DNA from: Nitrospinales bacterium
Lineage (GTDB): Bacteria > Nitrospinota > Nitrospinia > Nitrospinales > JAJDAT01
Assembly: GCA_046757665.1 (NCBI GenBank)
Contig: JBHHYO010000023.1
Location: forward strand, 1 to 33,464
Direction of reading: 5' to 3'
DNA: 33,464 nt
The notes under the pieces were generated by a model. The model was not told the DNA's origin. It saw only the letters and a program-made list of their open reading frames with translations, and did not search any database. A program made the position numbers and the translations under genes. This document shows, piece by piece, positions 17,368 to 26,548 of the stretch (positions are counted from its first letter, which is position 1; every line of letters begins with the position of its first letter).

Positions 17368-17867
17368 CCCGGTTATATAAATTGCTTGTTAGCCAGATGC
17401 GTCAGAAGATAGCTCTTTACAATGAATTGATCCCTCTGTTCCAGGAAGAATGGGATTCCATTGTCGATTATTCCCTGGATGAAGTGAGGGCGGTTTTGAA
17501 GAAGAAAGAAATCCTGGCTTTGAAAATGCAAATGCTGGAAGAGAACCGGTTGAAAGTGGTCGCCGAGATCGCAAACCATTTGGGCGTCGACCCCGAAAAT
17601 TTAACCTTAAGGGATATCATCAAAGTGTGCGGGCGTCCGTTGAGCACACAGTTGACCGCTCAAAGGGAAACCCTGCTGTCGCAGATCAGCGCCATTTTCG
17701 ATTACAGCGAAAAAAACAAACATCTGGTCAACCGGTCGTCGTTATCCATCAAGAAATCGCTGGTGTTTTTGCATCGCACCCAGGACTCCGCCGAGGCGGC
17801 CTATGGCGCCGATGGCCACAGGGGGGAAGGGAAAGCGCTGTGCCGAATGTTGAGCACCGAGGTTTGA
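17364..17867 (+). CDS. flgN: Flagellar export chaperone FlgN
   Basis: Helical protein of 167 aa with LEENR...LTL...N..L...Y...G pattern, directly before flgK. Confidence 0.8.
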   Translation: MTRLYKLLVSQMRQKIALYNELIPLFQEEWDSIVDYSLDEVRAVLKKKEILALKMQMLEENRLKVVAEIANHLGVDPENLTLRDIIKVCGRPLSTQLTAQRETLLSQISAIFDYSEKNKHLVNRSSLSIKKSLVFLHRTQDSAEAAYGADGHRGEGKALCRMLSTEV

Positions 17868-17882
17868 CGGGAGAACAGGCTT

Positions 17883-19568
17883 ATGGGTAGCAATGTTTTC
17901 AGCGTATTGAATACCGGAAGGGTGGGGTTGTTGTCCCATCAATTGGCCATCGAGGTGACCGGTCAGAACATCGCCAACGTGCAAACGGAGGGGTTCTCCC
18001 GGCAAAAGGTGGCTCTGGAAGCGGCCACGCCGCGATCCGTCGGCCTGGGCCAGTTGGGAACCGGCGTCCGGGTGGCGGGCATTGAGCGCGCCCACGATTC
18101 GTTTTTGTTCAGCCAGATCGTCGGCGAAAATTCCTCCCTCGGCGAGTTCAAGGCCCGGCAGAATGCCTTCGATCAAATGGAAACCCTTTTCAATGACGGG
18201 TTGGGCGGTAGCCTGAACAACTCCCTGAGCGATTTTTTCTCCAGTCTGCAAGACCTTTCCAACAACCCGTCCGGTTTGGCCGAGCGGGCCGTGGTTCGAG
18301 GGAATGCCCAGTCGCTGGCCTCCGTTTTCAACAACCTCGGCAACCAATTGTTCGATCAACGGGTGAACCTGGACAACGAAATCGGCGCCACGGCGACGGA
18401 AGTCAGCTCCCTGATTTCCCAAATCGCGCAAATGAACAAGGCCGTTCATGAAAACGAAACCAGCCAGGGGTTTGGCGCCAACGACCTGCGAGACCAGCGC
18501 GACCGGCTGGTCAACCAGCTGGCCGAAAAAATCGATGTCACCGTCGTGAATGAGCAGAATGGCCTCCTCAATCTGACGTTGAGCAACGGCCGTCCGCTGG
18601 TTCTCGGTCTTTCCACGTTTTCCTTGTCCACCCGACTCAATGGCGACAATAATGGTTTCCGGGATATTTTGCTGGATGACGGCCAGGGAAACCTGACCAA
18701 CATCACGTCTGACATTAAGGGCGGAAAACTGAAAGGCCTGCTGGACATGCGGGATGTGGAGCTTCCCGCCTCGCGGGACAAGGTGGACCGCCTGGCGGCG
18801 GGTTTCATTCAGGAATTTAATCGCGTTCACGGCCAGGGGTTCGGTTCCGACGGCAGTACCGGAGTTGATTTCTTTCGTCCCCTTTCGCCCACGGTATCGG
18901 CCAATACGGGGAATACCGGTAGCGCCCAGGTTTCCATGAGCAACGCGAACCCCAACCAGGTTTCGGTCGATAAATTTGAAATTACCATTACCGGGGCGAA
19001 CTCGTTTTCCCTGACCAACTTGACGACGGGGGCGGCGGCGGGCGCCTTCACGTTCGCCTCCGGGTCGGCGTTCAATCTGGCCGGCGGGCTGGCCGTGACC
19101 ATCAATGGAGCACCCGCCGTTGGCGACCGGTTCACCTTCTCCGTTTCCGAAAACGCCTCGACGTTGATTCGAGTGGATGATGCCGTTCTCAACGACGCGC
19201 AAAAAATCGCCGCCGGAACCACCCTCGGCGGCGACGGGGACAATGCCCGCCAACTGGCCAATATTCAAAACCGGCTGGCCTTCAATGGCGTGAGCATCGA
19301 CACGGCGGGGTCCGGGATGTTCACCTTCGATGATTTTTACAATTCCATCGTCAGCCAGGTCGGCGTCAGCGCCAGGGCCACGCGAACCACCATGACCCAG
19401 CAGGAAGGGGTGATGGTGCAACTCACCAACCGCCGGGAAAGCGCCGACGGCGTGTCCATTGATGAGGAGATGATCAATCTGATCAAATTCCAGCAGGCCT
19501 TCGCGGCTTCCGCGCGTTTGATTTCCACCGTGGATGAGATGATGAACATTCTGCAAGACAGAATTTAA
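17883..19568 (+). CDS. flgK: Hook-associated protein 1, FlgK
   Basis: TGQNIANVQTEGFSRQ, NDLRDQRD and GVSIDEEMINLIKFQQAFAASAR motifs. Confidence 0.97.
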   Translation: MGSNVFSVLNTGRVGLLSHQLAIEVTGQNIANVQTEGFSRQKVALEAATPRSVGLGQLGTGVRVAGIERAHDSFLFSQIVGENSSLGEFKARQNAFDQMETLFNDGLGGSLNNSLSDFFSSLQDLSNNPSGLAERAVVRGNAQSLASVFNNLGNQLFDQRVNLDNEIGATATEVSSLISQIAQMNKAVHENETSQGFGANDLRDQRDRLVNQLAEKIDVTVVNEQNGLLNLTLSNGRPLVLGLSTFSLSTRLNGDNNGFRDILLDDGQGNLTNITSDIKGGKLKGLLDMRDVELPASRDKVDRLAAGFIQEFNRVHGQGFGSDGSTGVDFFRPLSPTVSANTGNTGSAQVSMSNANPNQVSVDKFEITITGANSFSLTNLTTGAAAGAFTFASGSAFNLAGGLAVTINGAPAVGDRFTFSVSENASTLIRVDDAVLNDAQKIAAGTTLGGDGDNARQLANIQNRLAFNGVSIDTAGSGMFTFDDFYNSIVSQVGVSARATRTTMTQQEGVMVQLTNRRESADGVSIDEEMINLIKFQQAFAASARLISTVDEMMNILQDRI

Positions 19569-19582
19569 GGGGAGAGGCGGTT

Positions 19583-21103
19583 ATGGTGTTTCGAGTCACC
19601 AATCAGGCCCAGCAACAGGCGACACTGAATAATGTGTTCCGGCTCTCCGAGGACATTTTCAACACGACCAACGCCCTGGCGTCCGGCAAGCGCATTGCGC
19701 GGCCGTCCGACGACCCTTCGGGGACGCGGGAAACCCTGTCCCTGCGCACCTCGCTCCGCAAGACCGAGCAGTTCATCCGTAACATAAACGGCATCAAAAA
19801 TTTCACCGGGCGCGCCGATTTGGCGCTCGGTAGCGTCAGCAATGCGCTCACCCGCGCGAAGGAACTGGCCGTGAACCAACTGGGCGGCCTGGCCACCGCG
19901 GAAACGCGGGGGTTTGCCGCCTCGGAAATCGAAAGCCTGATCTCCGAGGTGTTGCAGGCGGGAAACACCCGGGTGGGCAACCGGTTCGCCTTCGGCGGAT
20001 CGAAGGCGGTCGTCGAGCCCTTTCAAAGAAGCGCCTCGGGCGCGGTTTACCTCGGCAACACCGAAAACATCTCCGTGGAAATCGCCCGCAGTCTGAACCT
20101 GAAAATCAATATCCCGGGATCGGATGTGCTGGCCACCGACCTGAACCCCGGCATCGACACGTCCACCTTGCTCTCCGACCTGAACCGCGGGGCGGGCGTT
20201 ACTGCGGGGGCGTTCACCCTTGCCGACCAGGCGGGCAACACCGGCACCGTAAACATCACGGCCTCCATGACCGTGGGTAACGCAATCGCCGCCATCAACG
20301 CCGCCGGCACCAACATCACCGCTTCCGTCAACAGCGCGCAAAACGGCATCAAGCTGACGGATTCCAGCGCCCTCATCGTGCAGGCCCTGACCGTGTCGGA
20401 AGTGAGCGGAGGCAGTACCGCCGCGGACCTCGGCATCCTGGGACAGCGCAATGGCAGTCTGGAAGGCCTGGACCTGGACCCGCGCTTGAACGGCTCGACG
20501 CGGATTTCCCAATTGAACGGCGGCCAGGGGCTGACCTTGTCGTCGATCAACATCGTCAACGGCAGTGCCTCCGGGGCGATCAGCCTGGCTTCCGCCAACA
20601 CCGTGGGCGATGTGCTGGGTTTGATCAACAACGCCGGCCTGAACGTGACCGCCGGAATCTCCAGCCAGGGCAATGTCCTGCGGGTGGTGTCCAACAACAG
20701 CGCCACCACTGCCATTGTCCGGGAAGTGGGAACGGGCACAACCGCCGAGGCTCTGGGCCTGGGAGGCGGACGCAACATCCTCACCTCGCTCATTCAACTC
20801 AAGGAAGCGCTGGGGAAAAACGATTCCACCGCCCTGGCCGCGGTGTTGGAAAACCTCGACACCGGCTTGCGGTCGCTGGGCGCGGCGCGTGCTTCGTTCG
20901 GCGCGGTTGCGCGCCGCGTGGAGGACAGCAACGCCGCCCTCGACCGGGAAACAGTGAATCAAACCGAACAATTGTCCAACATCGAGGACATTGATTTTGC
21001 CCAAAAAGCCTCGGAACTGGCCTCGTTGCAGGTGGCGTTCCAGGCGACCCTGAACTCGACCGCCCGCATTCTTCAGCCGAGCATCCTGGATTTTCTGGCC
21101 TAG
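19583..21103 (+). CDS. flgL: Hook-associated protein 3, FlgL (extended)
   Basis: FRVTN...LASGKRIARPSDDP, NRFAFGG, and C-terminal LSNIEDIDFA...QPSILDFL; follows flgK. Confidence 0.93.
   Translation: MVFRVTNQAQQQATLNNVFRLSEDIFNTTNALASGKRIARPSDDPSGTRETLSLRTSLRKTEQFIRNINGIKNFTGRADLALGSVSNALTRAKELAVNQLGGLATAETRGFAASEIESLISEVLQAGNTRVGNRFAFGGSKAVVEPFQRSASGAVYLGNTENISVEIARSLNLKINIPGSDVLATDLNPGIDTSTLLSDLNRGAGVTAGAFTLADQAGNTGTVNITASMTVGNAIAAINAAGTNITASVNSAQNGIKLTDSSALIVQALTVSEVSGGSTAADLGILGQRNGSLEGLDLDPRLNGSTRISQLNGGQGLTLSSINIVNGSASGAISLASANTVGDVLGLINNAGLNVTAGISSQGNVLRVVSNNSATTAIVREVGTGTTAEALGLGGGRNILTSLIQLKEALGKNDSTALAAVLENLDTGLRSLGAARASFGAVARRVEDSNAALDRETVNQTEQLSNIEDIDFAQKASELASLQVAFQATLNSTARILQPSILDFLA
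20138..20761 (+). repeat. Two tandem ~111-aa protein repeats inside FlgL
   Basis: DLNPGIDTSTLLSDLNRGAG...TVGNAIAAINAAG...TAADLGI versus DLDPRLNGSTRISQLNGGQG...TVGDVLGLINNAG...TAEALGL; starts 333 nt apart. Confidence 0.75.
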
Positions 21104-21107
21104 TACC

Positions 21108-21143
21108 TCGTTACAAAAATTCGTATACTTGTTTTTTTAACGA
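21108..21143. promoter_or_regulatory. 36-bp imperfect palindrome centred on a -10-like box upstream of fetAB
   Basis: TCGTTACAAAAATTC-GTATAC-TTGTTTTTTTAACGA; outer 12 bp match 11/12; contains TATACT. Confidence 0.4.
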
Positions 21144-21166
21144 AGCATAACCCCGGGAAGTTTCAG

Positions 21167-21886
21167 GTGCTGAAAGTCTCGAATATTTTTCTGGCCAAAG
21201 GCAAACCCATCCTCCGAAACGTGTCCTTTGAAATGCGCGGCGGAGAAATCCTGACCATCCTGGGGCCGTCGGGGTCGGGAAAATCCTCCCTGTTGCGGTG
21301 CCTCAACCGCCTTGAGACGATCGACCGCGGAGAAATTTTCCTGAACGGCGTGGAGACCCGCGGAATCGACGCCATCGAACTGCGCCGCCGGGTCGGCATG
21401 GTGTTCCAGACTCCCGCGTTACTGCCCCGGACCGTCCGCGAAAATTTGCTGATCGGCCCCGGGTTTCGCAAGCAATCCCCGGATGAAAAAGAATGCGAGC
21501 GTTTGCTGGAAAGCACCGGTTTGTCCGGAGAGTTTCTGGAACGCGGCGTCGAGGCGCTTTCCGTGGGCGAGCGGCAACGGGTGGCGCTGGCACAGGTTCT
21601 GGCGAACCGCCCGGACGCCCTGCTCATGGACGAACCCACCTCCGCCCTGGACCCGCCGGCGGCCCTGAAAATCGAGGAACTCATCAAAACCATCCACCGC
21701 AACCTGCGCACCATGACTCTGTGGGTTACTCACAACATCGACCAGGCGTTGCGCTTCGACACCCGGACGATCGTTCTGGTCGATGGCGAAGTGGTGGCGC
21801 AGGGCAATATCCGCGACCTGGTGGAGCGGCCCGCCAGCGACGCCTTGAAAACCTTTTTCGACAGCGGAAACAGCCATGAACATTGA
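21167..21886 (+). CDS. fetA: ABC transporter ATP-binding protein (FetA/YbbL/STAR1-like)
   Basis: Walker A GPSGSGKS, signature LSVGERQR, LLMDEPTSALD; paired with a FetB-type permease. Confidence 0.8.
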   Translation: MLKVSNIFLAKGKPILRNVSFEMRGGEILTILGPSGSGKSSLLRCLNRLETIDRGEIFLNGVETRGIDAIELRRRVGMVFQTPALLPRTVRENLLIGPGFRKQSPDEKECERLLESTGLSGEFLERGVEALSVGERQRVALAQVLANRPDALLMDEPTSALDPPAALKIEELIKTIHRNLRTMTLWVTHNIDQALRFDTRTIVLVDGEVVAQGNIRDLVERPASDALKTFFDSGNSHEH

Positions 21887-22640
21887 ATCGTTGGTGCTGG
21901 CGTATGGACTGGTCATCGCGGCGCTCTTGATCTCCTACTACAACGATCTGCGGTTGGAGCGGGACCTGGTTTACAGTTCCCTGCGCGCCACGTTGCAGTT
22001 GATTCTGGTGGGATTCATTCTGGAAGCGGTGTTGAAGATAGACCGGATGGATTACCTGGCCGGTATTTTGCTGTTCATGTGCGGCGTGGCCGCGGTCATT
22101 TCCGGCAAGCGGGGCGAGAAGATTCCGCGCGCCCGCTGGGTGGCGTTCGCGGGCATCGGCGTGGGGTCTTTTTCCACCTTCTGGGTACTGCACCTGGCGG
22201 GGGTGATCCCGTCCGAGGCGCGGTACGTGATCCCGTTGGGCGGCATGATCATCGGCAACGCCATGAAAGCTTCGTCGCTGACGCTGAACCGCCTGACGGG
22301 CGAACTGGAACAGCAAAGGCCGCGGATCGAGACCCTGCTGGCGCTGGGGGCGAACGCCCGGCAGGCCGCCGCGCAACCCGTGTGCCAGGCCGTCCGCGCC
22401 GCCATGATCCCCACCATCGACACCCTGAAAACCGTGGGCCTGGTGCACCTGCCCGGGATCATGACCGGATTCATCATCGCCGGCGGGTCGCCCTTGACGG
22501 CGGTCAAATACCAGTTGGCGGTCATGTACATGATCGCCGGGGCGACGGGCATCACCTGCCTGATCGTTACCCTGCTGGCTTACCGGCAATGTTTCACGGC
22601 GGACCTGCAACTGTCCGCCGGCTTTCGTCCTTCGGAGTGA
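21876..22640 (+). CDS. fetB: ABC transporter permease, UPF0014 (FetB/YbbM/STAR2) family
   Basis: RATLQL, YVIPLGGMIIGNAM, ALGA and KTVGLVHLPGIMTGFIIAGGSP..AVKYQ motifs. Confidence 0.9.
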   Translation: MNIESLVLAYGLVIAALLISYYNDLRLERDLVYSSLRATLQLILVGFILEAVLKIDRMDYLAGILLFMCGVAAVISGKRGEKIPRARWVAFAGIGVGSFSTFWVLHLAGVIPSEARYVIPLGGMIIGNAMKASSLTLNRLTGELEQQRPRIETLLALGANARQAAAQPVCQAVRAAMIPTIDTLKTVGLVHLPGIMTGFIIAGGSPLTAVKYQLAVMYMIAGATGITCLIVTLLAYRQCFTADLQLSAGFRPSE

Positions 22641-22649
22641 AGAGGCTTC

Positions 22650-23807
22650 TTACTTCCGGTATTTTGCGATCAGGGTTTTGACCGTGTCGATGACCCGCTC
22701 GACGTCGGCGGGTTGCATTTTGGGATACAGGGGCAGGGAGAGGACGCGCCGGGAATAGTCCGTGGCGACGGGCAGGGACTCGGGAGGGTGGGGAAACGTG
22801 TCGCGGTAAAACGGTTGCAAGTGCAGGGCGATGTAATGCACGGCGACGCCGATGCCGCTTTCCTGCATGACATCGAGAAATTCGTCGCGGTTGACGGTCA
22901 GCCGTTCGAGCTTAAGGGCGATGATGTAAAGGTGAAGCGCATGGCGGGCGTAATCTTTTGTCGCCAGGGTTTCCAACTCGGCAACGTCGCGGAAAGCCTC
23001 GTCGTACCGGGCGGCATGGCGCTCGCGGATTTCCAGAAACATGTCGGCTTTCTTTATCTGGTGAACGCCCAGGGCGGCGTGGATGTCGCTCATGTTGTAT
23101 TTGTAGCCGGGGGCGTCCAACTGCCAGTGGGCGAAACCGGATTTGCCGAAGCGTTTCCAGGCGTCGCGGCTGAGGCCGTGCAGGCGCATACGGCGAAACC
23201 GGTCGGCCTGCGCGTCGTCGTCGGTCACCAGCATTCCGCCCTCGCCGGTGGTGATGTTCTTGTTGGCGTAAAAACTGAACGCGGCCAGGTTCCCCAGGCC
23301 GCCGATCCGGCGGCCCTTGTAGGCGGTCCCCACGGCGTGGGCGGCGTCTTCTATCACGGCGAGGCCGTGGGCGCGGGCCAGGGCGCCGATGGCGTCCATG
23401 TCGCACGGATGACCGGCAAAATGCACCGGCAGAATAGCCCGGGTGCGTGGGCCGATCTTCGCCTCGATCTTGCCGGCATCCAGGTTCAGGGTGTCCGGTT
23501 CGATATCGACGAAAACCGGTTTCAGGCCGGACAGCGCGACCATGTTGGCGGTGGCCGGAAACGTCATCGGCGTGGTGATCACTTCGTCGCCGGCGGAGAA
23601 ACCCTGGTCGGTGATGGCCAGATGCAGTCCGGCGGTGCAGGAGTTGAGGGCGATCGCGTGCTTGCAACCGACATACTCGGCAAAGGCTTCCTCGAACCGG
23701 AACGCTTTGGGCCCCGTGGTCAGCCAGCCGGATTTCAGGGTATCGACGACTTCCCCGATTTCGTCGTCGTCAAGCCAGGCCCGGTGAAAGGGCAGGTCAG
23801 CGCTCAT
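22650..23807 (-). CDS. DegT/DnrJ/EryC1/StrS (ArnB-like) sugar aminotransferase
   Basis: SGWLTTGPK, NSCTAGLH, EDAAHA, FSFYANKNITTGEGG and GYKYNM motifs. Confidence 0.95.
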   Translation of the reverse strand: MSADLPFHRAWLDDDEIGEVVDTLKSGWLTTGPKAFRFEEAFAEYVGCKHAIALNSCTAGLHLAITDQGFSAGDEVITTPMTFPATANMVALSGLKPVFVDIEPDTLNLDAGKIEAKIGPRTRAILPVHFAGHPCDMDAIGALARAHGLAVIEDAAHAVGTAYKGRRIGGLGNLAAFSFYANKNITTGEGGMLVTDDDAQADRFRRMRLHGLSRDAWKRFGKSGFAHWQLDAPGYKYNMSDIHAALGVHQIKKADMFLEIRERHAARYDEAFRDVAELETLATKDYARHALHLYIIALKLERLTVNRDEFLDVMQESGIGVAVHYIALHLQPFYRDTFPHPPESLPVATDYSRRVLSLPLYPKMQPADVERVIDTVKTLIAKYRK

Positions 23808-24519
23808 CGGCGGTGACCAGGGAGGCGTCGATCTCCACGAATTCCATTTGCTCCCAGCCGTCGTTGTTGTTGGGGATGTAATAAAACCGGGTGTGGCCGC
23901 TGATGTGGGAGATATCCTTCAACAGGGTGATGACCCAGCGCCCGTCCACCTTTTCCCAAAAATCCACCACCGCAATGGTCACCGGGAATTCGATGTGCCC
24001 CCGCACGATGGCCGGGTTGAGCTGTTCTCTCCCCATAACCCGGCCTTCGACCTTGGCGAACCGCTTGTCGCGGCTGACGGCGATTTTGTCGATGACAAGG
24101 CTCTTGGGTGTGATCAGGGGGTCGCCGAACATTTGATATTTTGGGGGAACGGGAAACCCCAGGATATCTTTTTTCGCGGGATGGTTTTTGATGTACTCCC
24201 GGGTGGGGAGCCCAAAGCCCGATACATGCAGGGTTGCCGCTTGCCGGAAATTGTAAACGACCCGGCCCTGAAAGAATTTGAATTCCTCGATTGAAACGTT
24301 TTCCCTGAACTTCGGATGGTGGTAATCATAAATCGCCGGCCAGTCGCTGGTCAGGCGTTTTTGGAAATAGTCCATTTCAATGGCGCGGAGTTTCCTGGCT
24401 TCCTTCAGGAAATCGTCGGGAATGCCGGTCCGCCCGGCCGCCGGCGACGCCGTAGCCTGCAACAGGAAAATCCCCAGTATGACCAGAGAAAACCGTGTGG
24501 CAACCAATCGCATAATCAT
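23797..24519 (-). CDS. Exported hypothetical protein, possible NTF2-like fold
   Basis: Signal peptide; YF...DWPAIYDY..P.FR..VS.EEF and DFWEKVDGRWVI patterns; GGAG RBS. Confidence 0.7.
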   Translation of the reverse strand: MIMRLVATRFSLVILGIFLLQATASPAAGRTGIPDDFLKEARKLRAIEMDYFQKRLTSDWPAIYDYHHPKFRENVSIEEFKFFQGRVVYNFRQAATLHVSGFGLPTREYIKNHPAKKDILGFPVPPKYQMFGDPLITPKSLVIDKIAVSRDKRFAKVEGRVMGREQLNPAIVRGHIEFPVTIAVVDFWEKVDGRWVITLLKDISHISGHTRFYYIPNNNDGWEQMEFVEIDASLVTADER

Positions 24520-24579
24520 TTATCTCCGAAAAAATCAAGTAATTAAGATTTTCATTCTAATCGAAAACCTCGGCGGCGG

Positions 24580-26400
24580 TCAAACCTGTTCGGAAATTTT
24601 TTTCGCCAGGTCGTCGGTGATGCCGGGCACGCTTTTCAGGTCGTCCGGCGAGGCTTGCCGTATGCTTTCCAGACTGCCGAACTTCTTCAATAAAAGCAAC
24701 CGGCGTTTTTTGCCGATGCCGGGGATCGTCTCCAACGGCGACAGGAGACTTTTTTTGCCGCGCAGTTTGCGGTGGTGAGTGATGGCGAAGCGGTGGGATT
24801 CGTCGCGGATTCTTTGCAGGAGGAATCGGGCGGGGGAGTTTTTGCCGAAGACCGCGGGGGCGTTGTGCTGGGTGGAGAAGACTTCGTCGGTGTCCAGGTC
24901 GGCGCGGGCTTTGCCCTTGGCGATGGCGGCGAGATCGATTTTGTCCTCCAGTCCCAAATCCAGCATGACGCGCCGCGCCGCGCTCAGATGGCCCTTGCCG
25001 CCGTCGATTAGAATCATATCCGGCAGGGATTCGCCTTCCTCGATCATGCGGCCATAGCGGCGCACCATCACCTCGCGCAACATTTGATAATCGTCGATGC
25101 CGCGGACGTCGCGGATTTTGAAACTCCGGTAGCGGGCCTTGTCCGCCCTGCCGTCGCTGAAACAGACCATGGAGCCGACGGCGTGGGCGCCGGAGATGTT
25201 GGAGATATCGAACGCCTCGATGGTTTGCGGCAGGCTTTTGAGGGCCAGGGTGTTTTGCAATTCCTCCAGCGCGCGCAGGCGGGCCTCGTCGCTTTCGACC
25301 TCGTTGTTGACGGCGCGGCGGGCGTTCTCCTCGGCCATCTTGACCAGGCGGTGTTTTTTGCCGCGCCGGGGGACGTCCAGGCGGACGCGCAGGCCCTTCT
25401 TGTTGGAAAGCCAGTCGGCCAGCAAATCGAGGTCCTCGACAGGCCGGGGTAGCAGAATTTCCCGGGGCAACAGCGGTTCGTCGGCGTAATACTGTTTGAT
25501 GAAGGAGGACAGGATTTCGTCGTCGGTCATTTCCTTGCGGCTTTGCATTTTGAAATTTTTTTCGCCGATCATTTTCCCGCCGCGGATGATGAGGGTTTGC
25601 ACCATGGCGCAACCGCCCGCGCAGTGGCAGGCGATGACGTCCTGGTCCTGCATCGAGGTGGAGACGATTTTTTGTTTGTCGAAGACGGTTTTGACGGCGG
25701 CGATTTTGTCGCGGTACGCCGCCGCCTCCTCGTAGCGCAGTTCGGCGGCGGCTTGATCCATCCGGTGTTTCAGGTTGTCGAGCAGTTCGGAGTTTTTGCC
25801 TTTCAGGAAGAGGATGACGTCGTTGACGACGGCGGCGTAGTCGGCGGGCGTTACTTTCCCGGCGCAGGGCGCCAGGCACCGCCCCATCTGGTAATTCAGG
25901 CAGGGCCTGCGTTTCGGCGAGCCGTCCAGCTGGTCCCGGCTTTGGCGGAGCGGCAGGATTTTGTAGATCAGCCGCAGGGTTTCGCGCACTTCGCGCACCA
26001 TGGTGTAGGGGCCGAAATACAGGGCGCCGTCCTTGCGCGCCCGGCGCACCACCTCCAGGCGCGGAAACTTTTCCCGAACGGCCAGGCGCAGGTAGGGGTA
26101 ATGTTTGTCGTCCTTCAGCAGAACGTTGTAGCGCGGCTGAAACTTTTTGACGAAATTGCTCTCCAGGATGAGCGCCTCGCCCTCCGTCTCCGTGGTCAGC
26201 GCCTTGATGTCGCGGATGTGCCCGACCATCACCTGCGTTCGGGGAGCCATGCTCCGCGACTCGCGAAAATAGGAGCGCACCCGGTGCCGCAGGGATTTGG
26301 CCTTGCCGATGTACAGGATTTTGCCGCGCGCGTCCTTCATCATGTATATCCCCGGCGCGGCGGGGAGTTGATCCAGAATTTTCGTGATGCGGTCGTTCAT
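24580..26400 (-). CDS. uvrC: Excinuclease ABC subunit C
   Basis: GIY...LYIGKAKSLRHRV GIY-YIG domain, IEAFDISN, LIDGGKG, RDESHRFA and HhH IPGIG motifs. Confidence 0.98.
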   Translation of the reverse strand: MNDRITKILDQLPAAPGIYMMKDARGKILYIGKAKSLRHRVRSYFRESRSMAPRTQVMVGHIRDIKALTTETEGEALILESNFVKKFQPRYNVLLKDDKHYPYLRLAVREKFPRLEVVRRARKDGALYFGPYTMVREVRETLRLIYKILPLRQSRDQLDGSPKRRPCLNYQMGRCLAPCAGKVTPADYAAVVNDVILFLKGKNSELLDNLKHRMDQAAAELRYEEAAAYRDKIAAVKTVFDKQKIVSTSMQDQDVIACHCAGGCAMVQTLIIRGGKMIGEKNFKMQSRKEMTDDEILSSFIKQYYADEPLLPREILLPRPVEDLDLLADWLSNKKGLRVRLDVPRRGKKHRLVKMAEENARRAVNNEVESDEARLRALEELQNTLALKSLPQTIEAFDISNISGAHAVGSMVCFSDGRADKARYRSFKIRDVRGIDDYQMLREVMVRRYGRMIEEGESLPDMILIDGGKGHLSAARRVMLDLGLEDKIDLAAIAKGKARADLDTDEVFSTQHNAPAVFGKNSPARFLLQRIRDESHRFAITHHRKLRGKKSLLSPLETIPGIGKKRRLLLLKKFGSLESIRQASPDDLKSVPGITDDLAKKISEQV

Positions 26401-26548
26401 GGGACACCGTCGGGTTGCAGGCGGTTGTGATCCTGCCTGCTTAAATTATTTCGTATTTTGCGGCAATTGCCTAACGCAAATTTTACCGAGCCGAGGAAGC
26501 GAACAAAAATTTTTCCGCGGTTGAACATTCCGGTATACTTTCTCCCTG

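Noticed and set aside
14685-21004. Long minus-strand ORFs (609, 604 and 479 aa) over the flagellar genes
   Set aside because: Shadows of flgI, the Ig lipoprotein, flgK and flgL.
24533-24545. Perfect IHF consensus AATCAAGTAATTA between uvrC and the next gene
   Set aside because: Short degenerate motif in an AT-rich spacer with no associated sigma54 promoter; could be chance.
24557-26407. 616-aa alternative-frame ORF over uvrC
   Set aside because: Arg/Pro/Gly-rich off-frame translation of a GC-rich gene.
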